A stretch of DNA of 64,000 nucleotides from Octopus sinensis (taxonomy: Eukaryota). The stretch spans positions 106,578,001-106,642,000 of the forward strand of contig NC_042998.1 in NCBI RefSeq assembly GCF_006345805.1, read 5' to 3'. Both the position numbers and the translations under genes were made by a program. The first letter of the stretch is position 1; every line of letters begins with the position of its first letter. Under the pieces are notes generated by a model. That model ran no database searches. It saw only the letters and a program-made list of their open reading frames with translations, and had not been told where the DNA came from. Below, one piece after another: positions 12,863 through 25,381 of the stretch.

Positions 12863-13563
12863 TCATCATCATCATCATCATCATTTAGCGTCCGCTTTCC
12901 ATGCTAGCATGGGTTGGACGGGTCAACTGGGATCTGTGAAGCTGGAAGGCTTCATCAGGCCCAGTCAGATCTGGCAGTGTTTCTACGGCTGGATGCCCTT
13001 CCTAACGCCAACCACTCCGCAAGTGTAGTGGGTGTTTTTTACGTGCCACCTGGACAGGTGCCAGACAGAGCTGGCGAACGGCCACGAACGGATGGTGCTT
13101 TTACGTGTCACCGGCACGGGGCCAGGCGATGCTGGCAACGGACACGAACGGATGGTGCTTTTACGTGCTACCGACATGGGCCAGACAGAGCTGGCAAACG
13201 GCCACGAACGGACGGTGCTTTTACGTGTCACCGGCACGGGGGCCAGCCGAGGCTGACAACGAACACGAACGGATGGTGCTTTTACGTGCCACTGACACAG
13301 GGCCAGACAGAGCTGGCAAACGGCCACGAACGGACGGTGCTTTTACATATCACCGGCACGGGGGCCAGCCGAGGCTGGCAACGGACGCGAACGGATGGTG
13401 CTTTTACGTGCCACCGACACAGTTGCCAGACAGAGCTGGCAAACGGCCACGAACGGACGGTGCTTTTACGTGTCACCGGCACGGGGGCCAGCCGAGGCTG
13501 GCAACGGACATGAACGGATGTGCTTTTACGTGCCACCGACACGGGGCCAGACAGAGCTGGCAA
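12863..13563 (-). mobile_element. RTE 3' end with about 9 alternating ~60-bp modules
   Basis: (CAT)n tail; repeats of acgaacggaYggtgcttttacgtgYcaccgRcac followed alternately by gccagacagagctggc and gccag(c/g)cga(g/t)gctggc. Confidence 0.85.
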
Positions 13564-13595
13564 TATATATATATACATATATATATATATGCATA

Positions 13596-13920
13596 TGTGG
13601 GCACAGGACATCACGAAACATGTACAACAAAACATACGAAGCATGAGTACATGGAACATGAACTATTCTTTTAAACAATAAAAGACACAAATGGAAAACA
13701 AAACAAACAACATAAAGAATGACCTTTCATCTGTTGTTGGCTGTTTTTCTACTCTTGTATTTCAAGCATTTAACAACAATATATGCTTTCGATAAAACAG
13801 TTGCTCCTGCAAAGCAAATTATATAACATTTGGGATTTTGCGGAGGATCAAAATTGGTAACACAAACAGGATAGTGAAAGCAAACAAGAAGAGCTGCTAA
13901 GCCTAAACGAGGTTGTGGTG

Positions 13921-13922
<2 letters not shown>
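13596..13922. mobile_element. Unclassified repeat family E fragment (possibly Penelope-like)
   Basis: gggcacaggacatc...cctgcaaagcaaatt...tttgggattttgcggagg shared with the 19543 copy. Confidence 0.6.
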
Positions 13923-13960
<38 letters not shown>

Positions 13961-13989
13961 TACACAGGTACATATATACATTCTATACA

Positions 13990-14152
13990 TACAAAGGCAG
14001 GTGGTGTAGACAACAAAAAGATGTATTAGTTTAATGCTCAGGAAGTGAAAAAGTCTTTAATGTTTTGAGCCTACGCTCTTCCACAGAAAGGAACACAGAA
14101 AGAAACAAGGAGAGAAAATATAGAATGTGTAGTGGCTAGCGATCTATCATGG
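13990..14152 (-). mobile_element. Penelope-like pseudo-LTR remnant with decayed hammerhead motif
   Basis: Minus strand 14055-14090: cttt CTGTGGA a gagc gtag gctc AAAA ca tt aaag; homologous to the 25127 copy. Confidence 0.6.
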
Positions 14153-14969
14153 AAAAAAAAAGAAATATATATATATATATGTTTGTATGTATGTATGTAT
14201 GTATGAATGTATGTATGTACACCTTTAATGCTGCTTGTAAAGCAGTATTATTTTTAACTCAATTAGAAACATACCTACCCAAATATTTTTTCTTAATTGG
14301 TTTTGAGAACTCTATGGCTTGCATACACAACTTCTGCATAACACAACTTCCAGCAGACTGTCTATAACTTACTTCACCAACATTCCAAGAACTTACAGAA
14401 ATTCCAACTAGAAATACTTGTCCACTCATATAGACTAATGCTACTACAATCAGGTCAACTATAGTAACTCTTAGTTTACATGCAAATTTCTTTAGATATT
14501 CAAAATATACTACCATACCACTTCCTCCCACTTCATCAACACTGAGAACTGAACCAATCCCACAACCACAGCCTAGCACAACCACTCAGGTCTGACTAAT
14601 TTTCTCTCCCACTCAAAACTCAAAATTCTTAGAATTGATCCCAAATCCATCTTGGAAAGCCTGATGACAAACTGAAACATGATATTGAAAACAACTTTTG
14701 CAAAACCATCTACTAGCTAAAACAAATTTCAGCACATGTAGGGTGGACAAGATTCTTTAAGGCAACTTCCCTAATGCTTATATGACAATAAAATACACCC
14801 AGTAAATTTTAAATTCTTGGCAGCAGAATCAGTGTCCAACTATAAAAACTATGTCCAGAGCAATAACCCTGAATAAGAACTAGCTCAATCTATGACAACT
14901 GTTCAAGCCATGCAAACATAGAAAAGCAAAGAAAAACAGACCTAAATATATGTGTGTGTGTGTGTGTAT

Positions 14970-15375
14970 AGCTGCAGGACTGGCTGTGTGGTAAGAAGCT
15001 TACTTCCTAGTCGCATGGTTCTGAGATCAGTCCACTGTGTGACACCTGGGGCAAGTGTCTCCTACTATAGCCTCAAGCCAACCAAAGCCTTGCAAGTGGA
15101 TTTGGTAGACGGAAACTAAAAGAAGCCCATCATGTATATATATGTATATGTGTATATCTATAAGTGTGTGTCTTTGTGTCTGTGTTTGTACCCCTCCAGT
15201 GTTGGTGTGTTTATATCCTCATAACTTAGTGGTTCAACTACACAGAATGATAGAATAGGTACCAAGCTTAAAAAATAAAAAGTACTGGGGTCTATTTATT
15301 CAACTAAAATTCTTCAAAACAGTGCCCTAGCATGGCCACAATCTAATGATTCAAACAAGTAAGAGAATAAAAGAA
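14970..15375 (+). mobile_element. SINE family A, full length
   Basis: tRNA-like head tggctgtgtggtaagaagc, body gggcaagtgtct...ggatttggtagacggaaact, central (TA/TG)n, tail aacaagtaagagaataaaag. Confidence 0.85.
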
Positions 15376-15381
15376 TATATA

Positions 15382-16240
15382 CAGGGTGCGGTGAATAAAC
15401 TGTTATCTAAATTATGCAAAAATGAAAATAATATTGACATCTCATTTTAACAGATATATTTACTAAAATTACATAAAAATATTATGAAATACTAAACAGT
15501 AAATTTATTCAATAAAATCGCCATTGGCTTCAACCACAGCCTCCAGATGACTTCTGAATCTTCCACGACTCTTCTGGATGGTCTCCTTGTTTAAGTTGGT
15601 CAATGCCTTCAATTCATTTTTGGTGTTACAAGGAGTTTTGTTAGTCTCTCACTCAACTATGCTCTACACATAATAATCAAATGGGGTTGCAGTCTGGCTG
15701 AGTTAGGTGGCCAGAGGTTAGTGGCGATGTGGTCAAAGAAATTGTCTGACAGCCATGACTGGGTTCTCCTGCTTGTGTGGTATGGTGCAGAGTCCTGTTG
15801 CCAGACATAGGGTCTTCAAGCAGCCACCCACTTGATCCAGAGCAGCACTACCTCCTCCAGGCACTTGATGTTGGCTCCCATGTTAAGTCTGAGGCCATGT
15901 GGGAAGATGAATGGAAGCATAATATCGCCATCACTAGTGATCGCTGCAAACACCATGATGTTGACTGGATGTTTGGTTTTATAACTCTCGGTACATGTCC
16001 TCACATTGACACCCAAACACTCTGAAATGTTTGTTTTGGAGCTTCTGGCATGAATGCCAAGTAGTACAGCATGTTGTTTCCAAATTTCTGGTAGATTGAA
16101 TTGTGTCATGGTGCTGTTTTTCTAACAGACGGTGCCCAACTGACTCTACTATACTGTGCAGTTGACAAAATCAAAAACAAACAGAGCACATGCATGAAAT
16201 TAAAAATACAAAATTGTGACAATTTACACATCACACCTTG
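15382..16240 (-). mobile_element. Internally deleted maT (DD37D) transposon
   Basis: Imperfect TIRs (cagggtgcggtgaataaactgtta / caaggtgtgatgtgtaaattgtca) with TA flanks. Translation YVWQQDSAPYHTSRRTQSWLSDNFFDHIATNLWPPNS-PDCNP-FDYYV gives 37 residues between the two Asp after correcting two 1-nt insertions. Confidence 0.85.
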
Positions 16241-16333
16241 TATATATATATATTCCATTATTCTTATATATATATACATATATACATACATACACACATA
16301 CATACACACATACATACATATATGTATATATAA

Positions 16334-16902
16334 CATCATCATCATTGTTTAACATTCGCTTTCCATGCTAGCATGGATTGGACGATTAGACTGAGGGCTG
16401 GCGAACCAGATGGCTGCACCAGGCTCCAATCTTGATCTGGCAGAGTTTCTACAGCTGGATGCCCTTCCTAATGCCAACCACTCCGAGAGTGTAGTGGGTG
16501 CTTTTACGTGCCACCGGCACAGAGGCCAGTCAGGCAGTACTGGCAATGACCTTGCTCAAAACTTCTTATACATGCCTCCGGCACGGGTGCCAGTAAGGTG
16601 ACGCTGGTATCGATCACACTCCAATGGTGCCTATTACGTGCCACCGGCACAGAAGCCAGTTAGCCACTCTGGTAACGATCACGCTTGAATGGTGCTCTTA
16701 GAACCCCATTAACATGGACACAAGTGCCAGTAAGGTGACACTGGTAATTATCACACTCGAATGGTACCTTTTATGTGCCACTGGCACGGAAGCCGGTTAG
16801 CTGCTCTGTCAATGATCACACTTGTATGGTGCTCTTTGCACCCTGCTAGCACGGATACCAGTCATCGAATTTGGTTTTAATTTCACTTGCCTCAACAGGT
16901 CT
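16334..16902 (-). mobile_element. RTE 3' end with diverged ~60-bp modules
   Basis: (CAT)n tail, gcccttcctaatgccaaccactccgagagtgtagtgggtg, several gtgccaccggcac modules. Confidence 0.85.
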
Positions 16903-16958
16903 TACATACACATATATACATATATATAAGTACACACATACATATATATATATATATG

Positions 16959-16996
<38 letters not shown>

Positions 16997-17901
16997 CATA
17001 TACATATTTGCATGCATATGCATATATATGCATATGTATACATACATGCATACATACATAAATACATAATATATACATACATACATATGTACATACATGC
17101 ATACATACATAAGTACATACAAATTCACATGTATGTATATGTTCATATATGTGTGGGGGTGAGTGCATGTGTGTGCGTGTGTGTGTATGTATGTATGTAT
17201 GTTGCATGTATGTCTGTTTAAAAATAGCTGAAAATGAAAAACCATATGAAACACATCCAGTAATATGAAAGAGAGTAGACAGCTGTTTCTAAGTTTATCT
17301 CCTCATGCTGTGTTACAGATGTAGCAGAAGCGGGATAAGGGGCAATGAACTTCTGTTCTCTCTCTGCAATGAGTTCAACCTCAATATTTTTAAAGCAATG
17401 TTGTTCATGGGAAATAACAATGGTACCAATGTCATCTCTTTCAAATGAGCCTGTATAGAACAGAGGCACAAGTTTCCAGGAATAATCCATTATAAAAATA
17501 CAAAAACTCTTGGAAGTGCTCGAGTTCTAACTTTATCGAGTGGGATAAAGATTGATAGGAAGAACACATATAATGTTGAATATATAGAGGTATGCACATT
17601 AAAGACACATGTATCTTTAAACACACAAGCATAGAGAACATAGGCACAACACTTTTTCTAAGAACAATCCATTATAAAAATACAGGATAGACCCACACAC
17701 ACACACACACTCACATGCATATACAAACACACAAACAAATACACAGATAGACAGACAGACAGATACATACGTGCATACATACATACATACATACATACAT
17801 AAATACATACATACATATGGAAACACACATACTCACAGACATATATATGTGTGTTTCTTTGTGCATGTGGGCATATATCTATATGTATGTATTTGAATAT
17901 A

Positions 17902-19157
17902 CAGGGGTTGGACAAAATAATGGAGACACCTTAAAATTTCAAACAAATTTATTTTAATATGAGGTAGGAATTACAGCTTGAATTCTACGAGGTATGGACT
18001 CGTATAAAGTTTGAATTGCTTCCAAAGGAATTTTTGTCCATTCTTCAGCTAAAACAGTCTCCAGTTCTTGTAGTGATGATGGTGGAGGATATTGATTCCT
18101 TACTTGTTTTTCTAAAATGCACCATAAATGTTCAATAATATTGAGATCTAGGGACTGTGGTGGCCACATAAGATGTTCAACTTCACTACAATGTTCTTTG
18201 TGCCATTCAGTAACAATTTAGCTGTGTGAATTGGTGCATTTCATCCTGAAAGATTGCGTTTCCCTACAGAAACAGTTCCACAAGCAGAGGATGAATTTGA
18301 TCAGATAAAATGCTTAAATAGACTTGACTATTAATTCTGCCATAAAGGGAAACCATTGGGTCAGTGGATTTCCAAGATATAGCCCCCCGGATCATCACAG
18401 ATTTTCCTCCATGTTTAACAATTGGAAGAAAGCAGTCTGTTCAAATGTTTCTTTTGGCTGTTTCCATGCGTATACTTGGCTGGTGATCAGAAATAAGGTA
18501 AAGGATGACTCATCCAAGAAAATAACATTCTTCCACTGCTCTAGGGACCAATTCTGTAGGTTTTTACTCCACTCTCAACACTTTGCAACATTTGCTTTTG
18601 AAAGTAGTGGTCTTCTGATTGCAGCCCTCCCGTGAAATCTGGCATTGTGCAGCTCCCAGCAAACAGTTATTTTGGAAACTGGGTTCTTGAGGTGGTCATT
18701 AAACTCAGCAGTAATTTTGGGAACTGTACTTTTGTGATCCTTTCTAACAATTTGTGTAAGAATCCGACAGTGTCTGTCTGAAAGTTTTGGTGTTCTTGCA
18801 GAATTTTGTTTCAACGAGGAGGTTTTTCCCCCTTTCTTAAAGGCTATCATTACTTTTGAGACAGTACTTCATGATAACACCAAACATTTCATTTGTTTTC
18901 GTTACTCTAACGCCTGCCATATGAGCAACAACAATTTGTCCTCTTTGAAAGTCCGATAGATCTGTCATTTTAATGAATTTTAATTGCCTTTTCCTGATGA
19001 TTTCTGAAGTGAAATAGCAATTTTAGCAAATAATATTAAGCAACACTAATAATAAATCAAAAAGCATAAAAATAAACAAGCTTTTGATAGTTTTATAGAT
19101 ATTTAAAAATTATGATGCTATGATGGTAGGTGTTTCCATTATTTTGTCCAACCCCTG
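17902..19157 (-). mobile_element. Tc1 (DD34E) transposon, defective, copy 2
   Basis: Same TIRs as copy 1 with TA flanks; retains the start MTDLSDFQRGQIV at 18968; WPPQSLDLNIIEHLW; several frameshifts. Confidence 0.95.
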
Positions 19158-19222
19158 TATGTATGTATTATGTATACATATGTATAAGCATATACATGTA
19201 TGTATATCTATCTATCTATCTA

Positions 19223-19293
<71 letters not shown>

Positions 19294-19542
19294 AGATAGA
19301 TATGGCCAGTCTGTGGGTTTACCCTTGGTTTCAGGTTTATATAAATACATAATAAATAAATTTATATCCACATGTGTGTATGTATGTGCATATGTGTGTG
19401 TGTGTGTGTGTGTGTGCGTATACATATATATATATGCATACATATATAGATATATATATGATATAAATAATATATAAATATATGCATATATACATACATA
19501 TATGTACATACCTACACATATATGTATATATACATGCATATA

Positions 19543-19900
19543 TGGGTACAGGATATCAAAAAAACGTTGAACACAATGAGAAATGAAAACATAAAAGCAA
19601 AAACATAGAAACAAACTTTTTTTCAAACAACAAAAAAAAACAGAGAAATGAGACATACAACATAAAGAATATTCCCCTTCTTCAGTTGTCCCTGTTTCAT
19701 CTACTCCACATTTCAAAGGTAAGAACAAGACGCGACTTCATTGAAACAGTCCTTCCTGCAAAGCAAATTAAATAAAATTTGGGATTTTTTGCGGAGGGTG
19801 AAAGTGGTAACAAGAACAGGACAGTGAGAACAAAACGGTAAAACAATAAAATAGTAAAAACAGTAAAAGACAGAACAATGAGAACAAAACAGTAAAAACA
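19543..19900. mobile_element. Repeat family E fragment
   Basis: gggtacaggatatcaaaaaaacgttgaacacaatgagaaa...aatattccccttcttcagttgtccctg, shared with 23810-24175 and 13596. Confidence 0.7.
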
Positions 19901-20343
19901 AACGATGATAGAAAAGCCAAGATGATAGAAAAATTATTCTGAACGCTTTAGGAGACGAGCTTATGAAGAGACAGGATAAGCCCGTTTAGTCTTTGTGAAG
20001 GTAGTAGTTGAAAAGATGGATTCCCTCTCATAACGTGTCAGCAACAAGAGTCGAGGAGGAAGAGTAAGAGAGAGAGGGAATAGCGAAGGGGAGAGGAGAA
20101 GAATAGGGAAATATATATATATATATATATCATCAGCATCATCATTTAACATCTGCTTTCCATGCTAACATGGGTTGGACAGTTTGACTGAGGACTAGCA
20201 ATCAAGGAGGCTGCATCAGGCTCCAGTCAGATTTAGCAATGATTCAGTCTACCTTTCACTTAGAGCGAGAGGCCTTTTGTTACCAACAGAAATATCTTCT
20301 CAGCTATCCTTCCTTTGATATATATATATATAATATATATATA

Positions 20344-20423
20344 TATTTGGTAGCTGAAAGATTGCTGAATCTTTTGATACCTCATACTTCAAAATTGGCA
20401 ACTCAATTTTTGAATCCATAAAG

Positions 20424-20457
<34 letters not shown>

Positions 20458-20493
20458 CACACACTCTCTTTTATATATATAGATATATATGTA

Positions 20494-20558
<65 letters not shown>

Positions 20559-20639
20559 TCTTTATGGATTCAAAAATTGAGTTGCCAATTTTGAAGTATG
20601 AGGTATCAAAAGATTCTGTAATCTTTCAGCTACCAAATA
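20344..20639. repeat. Inverted repeat, ~80-bp unique arms extended by (CA)n/(TG)n
   Basis: tatttggtagctgaaagatt...gaatccataaagaacac versus gtgttctttatggattc...aatctttcagctaccaaata. Confidence 0.95.
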
Positions 20640-21622
20640 AACTATGTTTTTGGCACAATTCATTTTTAATACTAAAATAATCTTCGAAACAAAGTCAGGT
20701 TACACAATTTTGAGGTCATTTTTTAGTAATATTTCGATTTGCTTCTAATGTTTCATTTTCATCCAATGTTTCATGCATGTGTAGAATTCTACTCAGACAG
20801 ACATTGATGAAAATGTACACATAAATATTGTATTAAGAGAAGCTACAACCAAAAAAATTTCATTAAAAGACAACCATTTCACTATATGTTATGAGGAAAT
20901 ACAGTCACTCACACCATCTCTCACATGCACATGTGTACATACAAAATAGATGTATGCCTATGTGTTTATGTACATGTATATGAAAGATAATGTGTGAGTG
21001 TGAGAGAGAGAGTGAGCATCACTAACACATATATGCCAAAAGATACATACATGACAACACACACTTTCACTCCTTCTCTCTCTCTCTTTCACACACACAC
21101 AACACACACACATCCATTTTATATACACAACCATACATCTTTCACTTTCTACTCTCACTTCAAAGTAAATGTCACCAATTCACTTTCTCTTCTCTTTCAA
21201 TTTCTATTCTCTTCAAAGCATTAAGAAATAAAAAAAATTATGGAAATTAACAAAGAATCATATGATCCCATATGATCGACCAAATGATAGAGTTGACAAC
21301 TTTACTGCTTCAAAAGAAAGACTGCCATGAAATAACTTCCTTTGGCACACACACACGCACACACACACACACTTGGTAAACTTTCTGTACAAATTATGTT
21401 ATTTCTTGCTGTGTGTATGGAGAGAGTTTTTGAAGTGATGTACAGATGTTGTATATTTAGTATAATAAGGTAGTCAGAATGTTGGATGATTATATATATT
21501 TTTTATTTACAGTTTATCTACACTTTAAGCGCTTTCTTCCATTATTGGATTTATCAAACAGTGGTTTAAAGTTAGATTTCTTGGCTTTTTCACCTATACA
21601 TATACATATACTACATATATAT

Positions 21623-21674
<52 letters not shown>

Positions 21675-22168
21675 ATATAAATGTGAAAAGATTAGAGATC
21701 TATACAAATCAATTTTATTTACAAAACATTTATTGAATGGGTTTATTTCCAGCTGTGTATGAATATAAAACTTATTCAATAAATGCTTTTTAGCCACTCC
21801 CTTGGCAGGAACACACAGATTTCTTTTAGACAATAGACACCCCTTCTCTCACTCTCTCACACTTATACCAAACTATATTTAAAGAAGACTTCAACAAAAA
21901 ATCTCCAGACATGTTCTTGACCCCCAAACAGAAGATAAAGTATTTTTACTTCAAGTTTTTATAAATTTTTACTGATATTTGATTAGATTAGATTAATTGA
22001 AACTGGCAATATTTTCTTTATATAATTTGAAAAATCATTTTTATTAAATTCCCTTTTAAATTAAAATGTTTTAGAGTTACTTCTGCGCTAATCCCACCTC
22101 CATCTTTTATATATACATACATATATTTATAAATGATAATGATCATGATATATATAGATATTTTATGT

Positions 22169-22466
22169 GCCCTTTTCAAGCCTAGCCAGGCTCATGGGCC
22201 TGGTTTCCCAGTTTCTGTGGCGTATGTATTCCCCCCAGCTGGATGGGACACCAGTCCATTGCAGCGTTACTCAAGAAACAAGATGACAGAGTGAGAGAAA
22301 GTTGGGTGAAAAAGTACAACAGGGGTCACTCACCCCCCGCCAGAGCCTGATGGAGCTTTTAGGTGTTTTTGCTCAATAAACACACACAACCCCAGTCTGG
22401 GAATTGAAGCCGCAATCCTCTGACAGCTAGTCCGCTGCCCTAACCACTGGGCCATTGCACCTCCAC
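22169..22466 (-). mobile_element. tRNA-derived SINE: family B head and body with V-domain-like tail
   Basis: Head gtggaggtgcaatggcccagtggttagggcagcggact matches the 26361-26684 copy; tail ctgcaatggactggtgtcccatccag...catgagcctggctaggcttg matches the 56728 copy. A second tail fragment follows at about 22475-22567. Confidence 0.8.
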
Positions 22467-22866
22467 ATACACCCATTTTTAAAGCCTAGCCAGGCTCATG
22501 GGCCTAGTTTCCTGATTTCCATGGCTGAATAGGACACCAGTCCATCACAGCGTTACTCATTTTTGCCTATAAGAAAAGAACAAATAATACAATGTGGTTG
22601 TAGGTCATAACACCTGGGCAACGCCGGGTTATATATATATCCACATATTCATATGCAGACACACATACATGCAAACACATGGAGAAATGCTCATAACCTG
22701 GTTTTGGGATAGGTACACTGGATCTTTATATGCAACAAGCAACTAGGAGTGTTTGTAAGGGGAAGGTTGTCTGACTGTATAATGCTACTGAGAAAACCCC
22801 TGTCTGTTCTCATGTCAGTATGCAAAAGCAAGTATCAAATGATGACAACATTTTTGTTTTGTGTGA

Positions 22867-22897
<31 letters not shown>

Positions 22898-23037
22898 TAT
22901 GTGTATGTTTTGTATGCATGTGTGTGTGTGCATGTGTGTATATGTATATGTGCAAGGCTGCATACATATTTATCTTTTTATTACTCAAAAGATGCAAATA
23001 GTGAAATTTGATATATATATATATATGCATACATACA

Positions 23038-23745
23038 CTAGCAATGCATCCCAGCGTTGCCCGGGTGTTATGACCTAGAGCTACATTGTATTATTTATTC
23101 CTTTCGTATGGGCAGAATCGACACAGCTGATATATAGCGAACTGGATTGCTGGCATAATGGAAATTATTGTTTGTTTAAAAGTGAAGGTGAGGGGAGTTT
23201 ATATGAAAGTGCTTTCTGTTCTTAAGAAGGATCACAAACTATGTCTTGTTTCATCATATAAAAGAGGGTTAATACGATTTTGCCAAGAAATCACATTTTC
23301 AAAATTTTAATTTCCTCCTGGCCTCACTACAATTTCTTAATCGGCAACTTTTTGCAAGTTCTTTTTTTTTTGTAGAAAACTACAGAGATTATGAATCTGG
23401 AGAAAAAAGTATCTTTATTAAAGTTTAATTTTCTTAAAGGAACACTCAATGCCCCTTCCCCCACCTTGCTCACCCATCACCCACCTGCTTTCAAAAAAAT
23501 AAAAACTCCCAGTTTCACTTTTGTCTGATGTTTCATGCATGCGTAGAATTGTACTGGAATAGCAGACACAAAAGAATGTCAGACCACCAGAAAACCCGAC
23601 ATGCGAGAAACAACAAGTAGACAACATTATTTCTGTAGAAACTTCCCTGCTTTCCAAAAAGTTAAACGGAGATTGTAGCTTTTTGAAAGTGGTGAGGTGA
23701 TGAGTCGCTGTTTGGGAAGGAGATCTTAGTGTTATATATATATAA
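23038..23745 (-). mobile_element. Non-autonomous Helitron-like element
   Basis: Minus-strand 3' end cccgggcaacgctggg hairpin followed by CTAG^T at 23038-23041; the 5' boundary is approximate. Confidence 0.6.
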
Positions 23746-23809
23746 CTTACTTGGAAAAGGATGCATGGCATTCAATCATATAATAATATAAATAATATAT
23801 AAATATATA

Positions 23810-24175
23810 CATATATACACACACATATGTACATACCTACACATATATGTATACATATACAGGCATATATGGGTACAGGACATCAAAAAACGTTGAACAC
23901 AATGAGAAACGAAAACTGTTGTTCGAAAAAAAGTTTGTTTCTATGTTTTCGTATCAGGGACAACTGAAGAAGGGGAATATTCTTTATATTGTATGTCTCG
24001 TTTCTCTGTTTGTTTTTTCGTTGTTCGAAAAAAGTTTGTTTCTATGTTTTTGTTTTTATGTTTTTGTTTCTCGTTGTGTTCAACTTTTTTTTTGATGTCC
24101 TGTACCCATATATGCATGTATATATACATATATGTGTAGGTATGTACATATGTGTGTATATATATGCATATATTT
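23810..24175. mobile_element. Repeat family E in inverted configuration
   Basis: About 23810-23915 is the reverse complement of about 24065-24175, with a short internal direct duplication (gttgttcgaaaaaagtttgtttctatgtttt). Confidence 0.8.
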
Positions 24176-24179
24176 ATAT

Positions 24180-24585
24180 CATCATCATCATCATCATTTA
24201 GCGCCCGTTTTCCATGCTAGCATGGGTTGGACGGTTTAACTGGGGTCTGTGAAGCCAGAAGGCTTCATCAGGCCCAGTCAGATTTGGCAGTGTTTCTACG
24301 GCTGGATGCTCTTCCTAACGCCAACCACTCCGTGAGTGTAGTAGGTGGTTTTTATGGGCCACCTGCACAGGTGCAAGACAGAGCTGGCAAACAGCCACGA
24401 ACGGATGGTATTTTTACGTGTCACCGGCACGGGAGCCAGGTGAAGCTGGCAACGGACACGAACGGATGGTGCTTTTACGTGCTACCGGCACGGGGCCAGG
24501 CGAGGCTGGCAACGGACACGAACAGATGGTGCTCTTATGTACTACCGGCACGGGGCCAGGCGAGGCTGGCAACGGACACGAGCGA
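24180..24585 (-). mobile_element. RTE 3' end, same subfamily as 12863
   Basis: (CAT)n tail; about 4 modules with acggacacgaacggatggtg. Confidence 0.85.
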
Positions 24586-24607
24586 TATTATTTATATTAT
24601 TATTTGT

Positions 24608-24722
<115 letters not shown>

Positions 24723-24734
24723 ATATATATATAT

Positions 24735-25125
24735 GGGTGCAGGTGTAGCTGTGTGGTAAGAAGCTTGCTTTCCAACCACATGGGTCTGGGTTCAGTTCCA
24801 TTGCATGGCACCTTGGGCAAGTGTTTTCTACTATACCTTCAGGCTGACCAAAGCCTTGTGAGTGGATTTGGTAGACAGAAACTGTAGGAAGCCCATTGTA
24901 TATATGTATGTATATGTATATGTTTGTGTGTCTGTGTTTGTCCCACCACCCTCGCTTGACAACCGATGTTGGTGTGTTTATGTCCCTGTAACTTAGTGGT
25001 TCGGCACCAATAGAATAATTACTAGGCTTACAAAGAATAAGTCCTCAAGTCGATTTCTTCGACTAAAGGCAGTGCTCCAGGATGGCCACAGTCAAATGAC
25101 TGAAACAAGCAAAAGAATAAAAGAA
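24735..25125 (+). mobile_element. SINE family A, full length
   Basis: gggtgcaggtgtagctgtgtggtaagaagcttgc...gtcaaatgactgaaacaagcaaaagaataaaag. Confidence 0.9.
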
Positions 25126-25126
25126 T

Positions 25127-25312
25127 GATTGACTGCTAGCCACTAAAGCTTTTTTAATTCTCTCCCTGTTTATTTTCTTGTGTTCCTTTCTGCTGAAGAG
25201 CATGGGCTCAAAATGTAAATAACTTTCTCACCTTTCCAATCATTAAACTAATACACCTGTTTGTTGTTTGCACACCTGTCTTTGTCTTTTGTTTTTTTTT
25301 GTAAATTCCAGC
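25127..25312 (+). mobile_element. Penelope-like pseudo-LTR remnant with decayed hammerhead motif
   Basis: 25186-25221: cttt CTGCTGA a gagc atgg gctc AAAA tg ta aata; ends in (TA)n. Confidence 0.6.
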
Positions 25313-25323
25313 TATATATATAT

Positions 25324-25381
<58 letters not shown>

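Noticed and set aside
13030-13563. CRISPR-like repeat/spacer appearance
   Set aside because: The 'spacers' are homologous and alternate A/B, there are no cas genes, the context is eukaryotic, and the modules are contiguous with an RTE ORF end at 34561.
12914-13674. Long ORFs (199 and 189 aa), and similar ORFs at 2525-3619 and 28146-28938
   Set aside because: They are open in several frames and on both strands because of stop-poor GC-rich tandem modules in a LINE 3' UTR.
14661-14685. ctgatga-caaact-gaaa-catg hammerhead-like string
   Set aside because: No stem II or stem I pairing.
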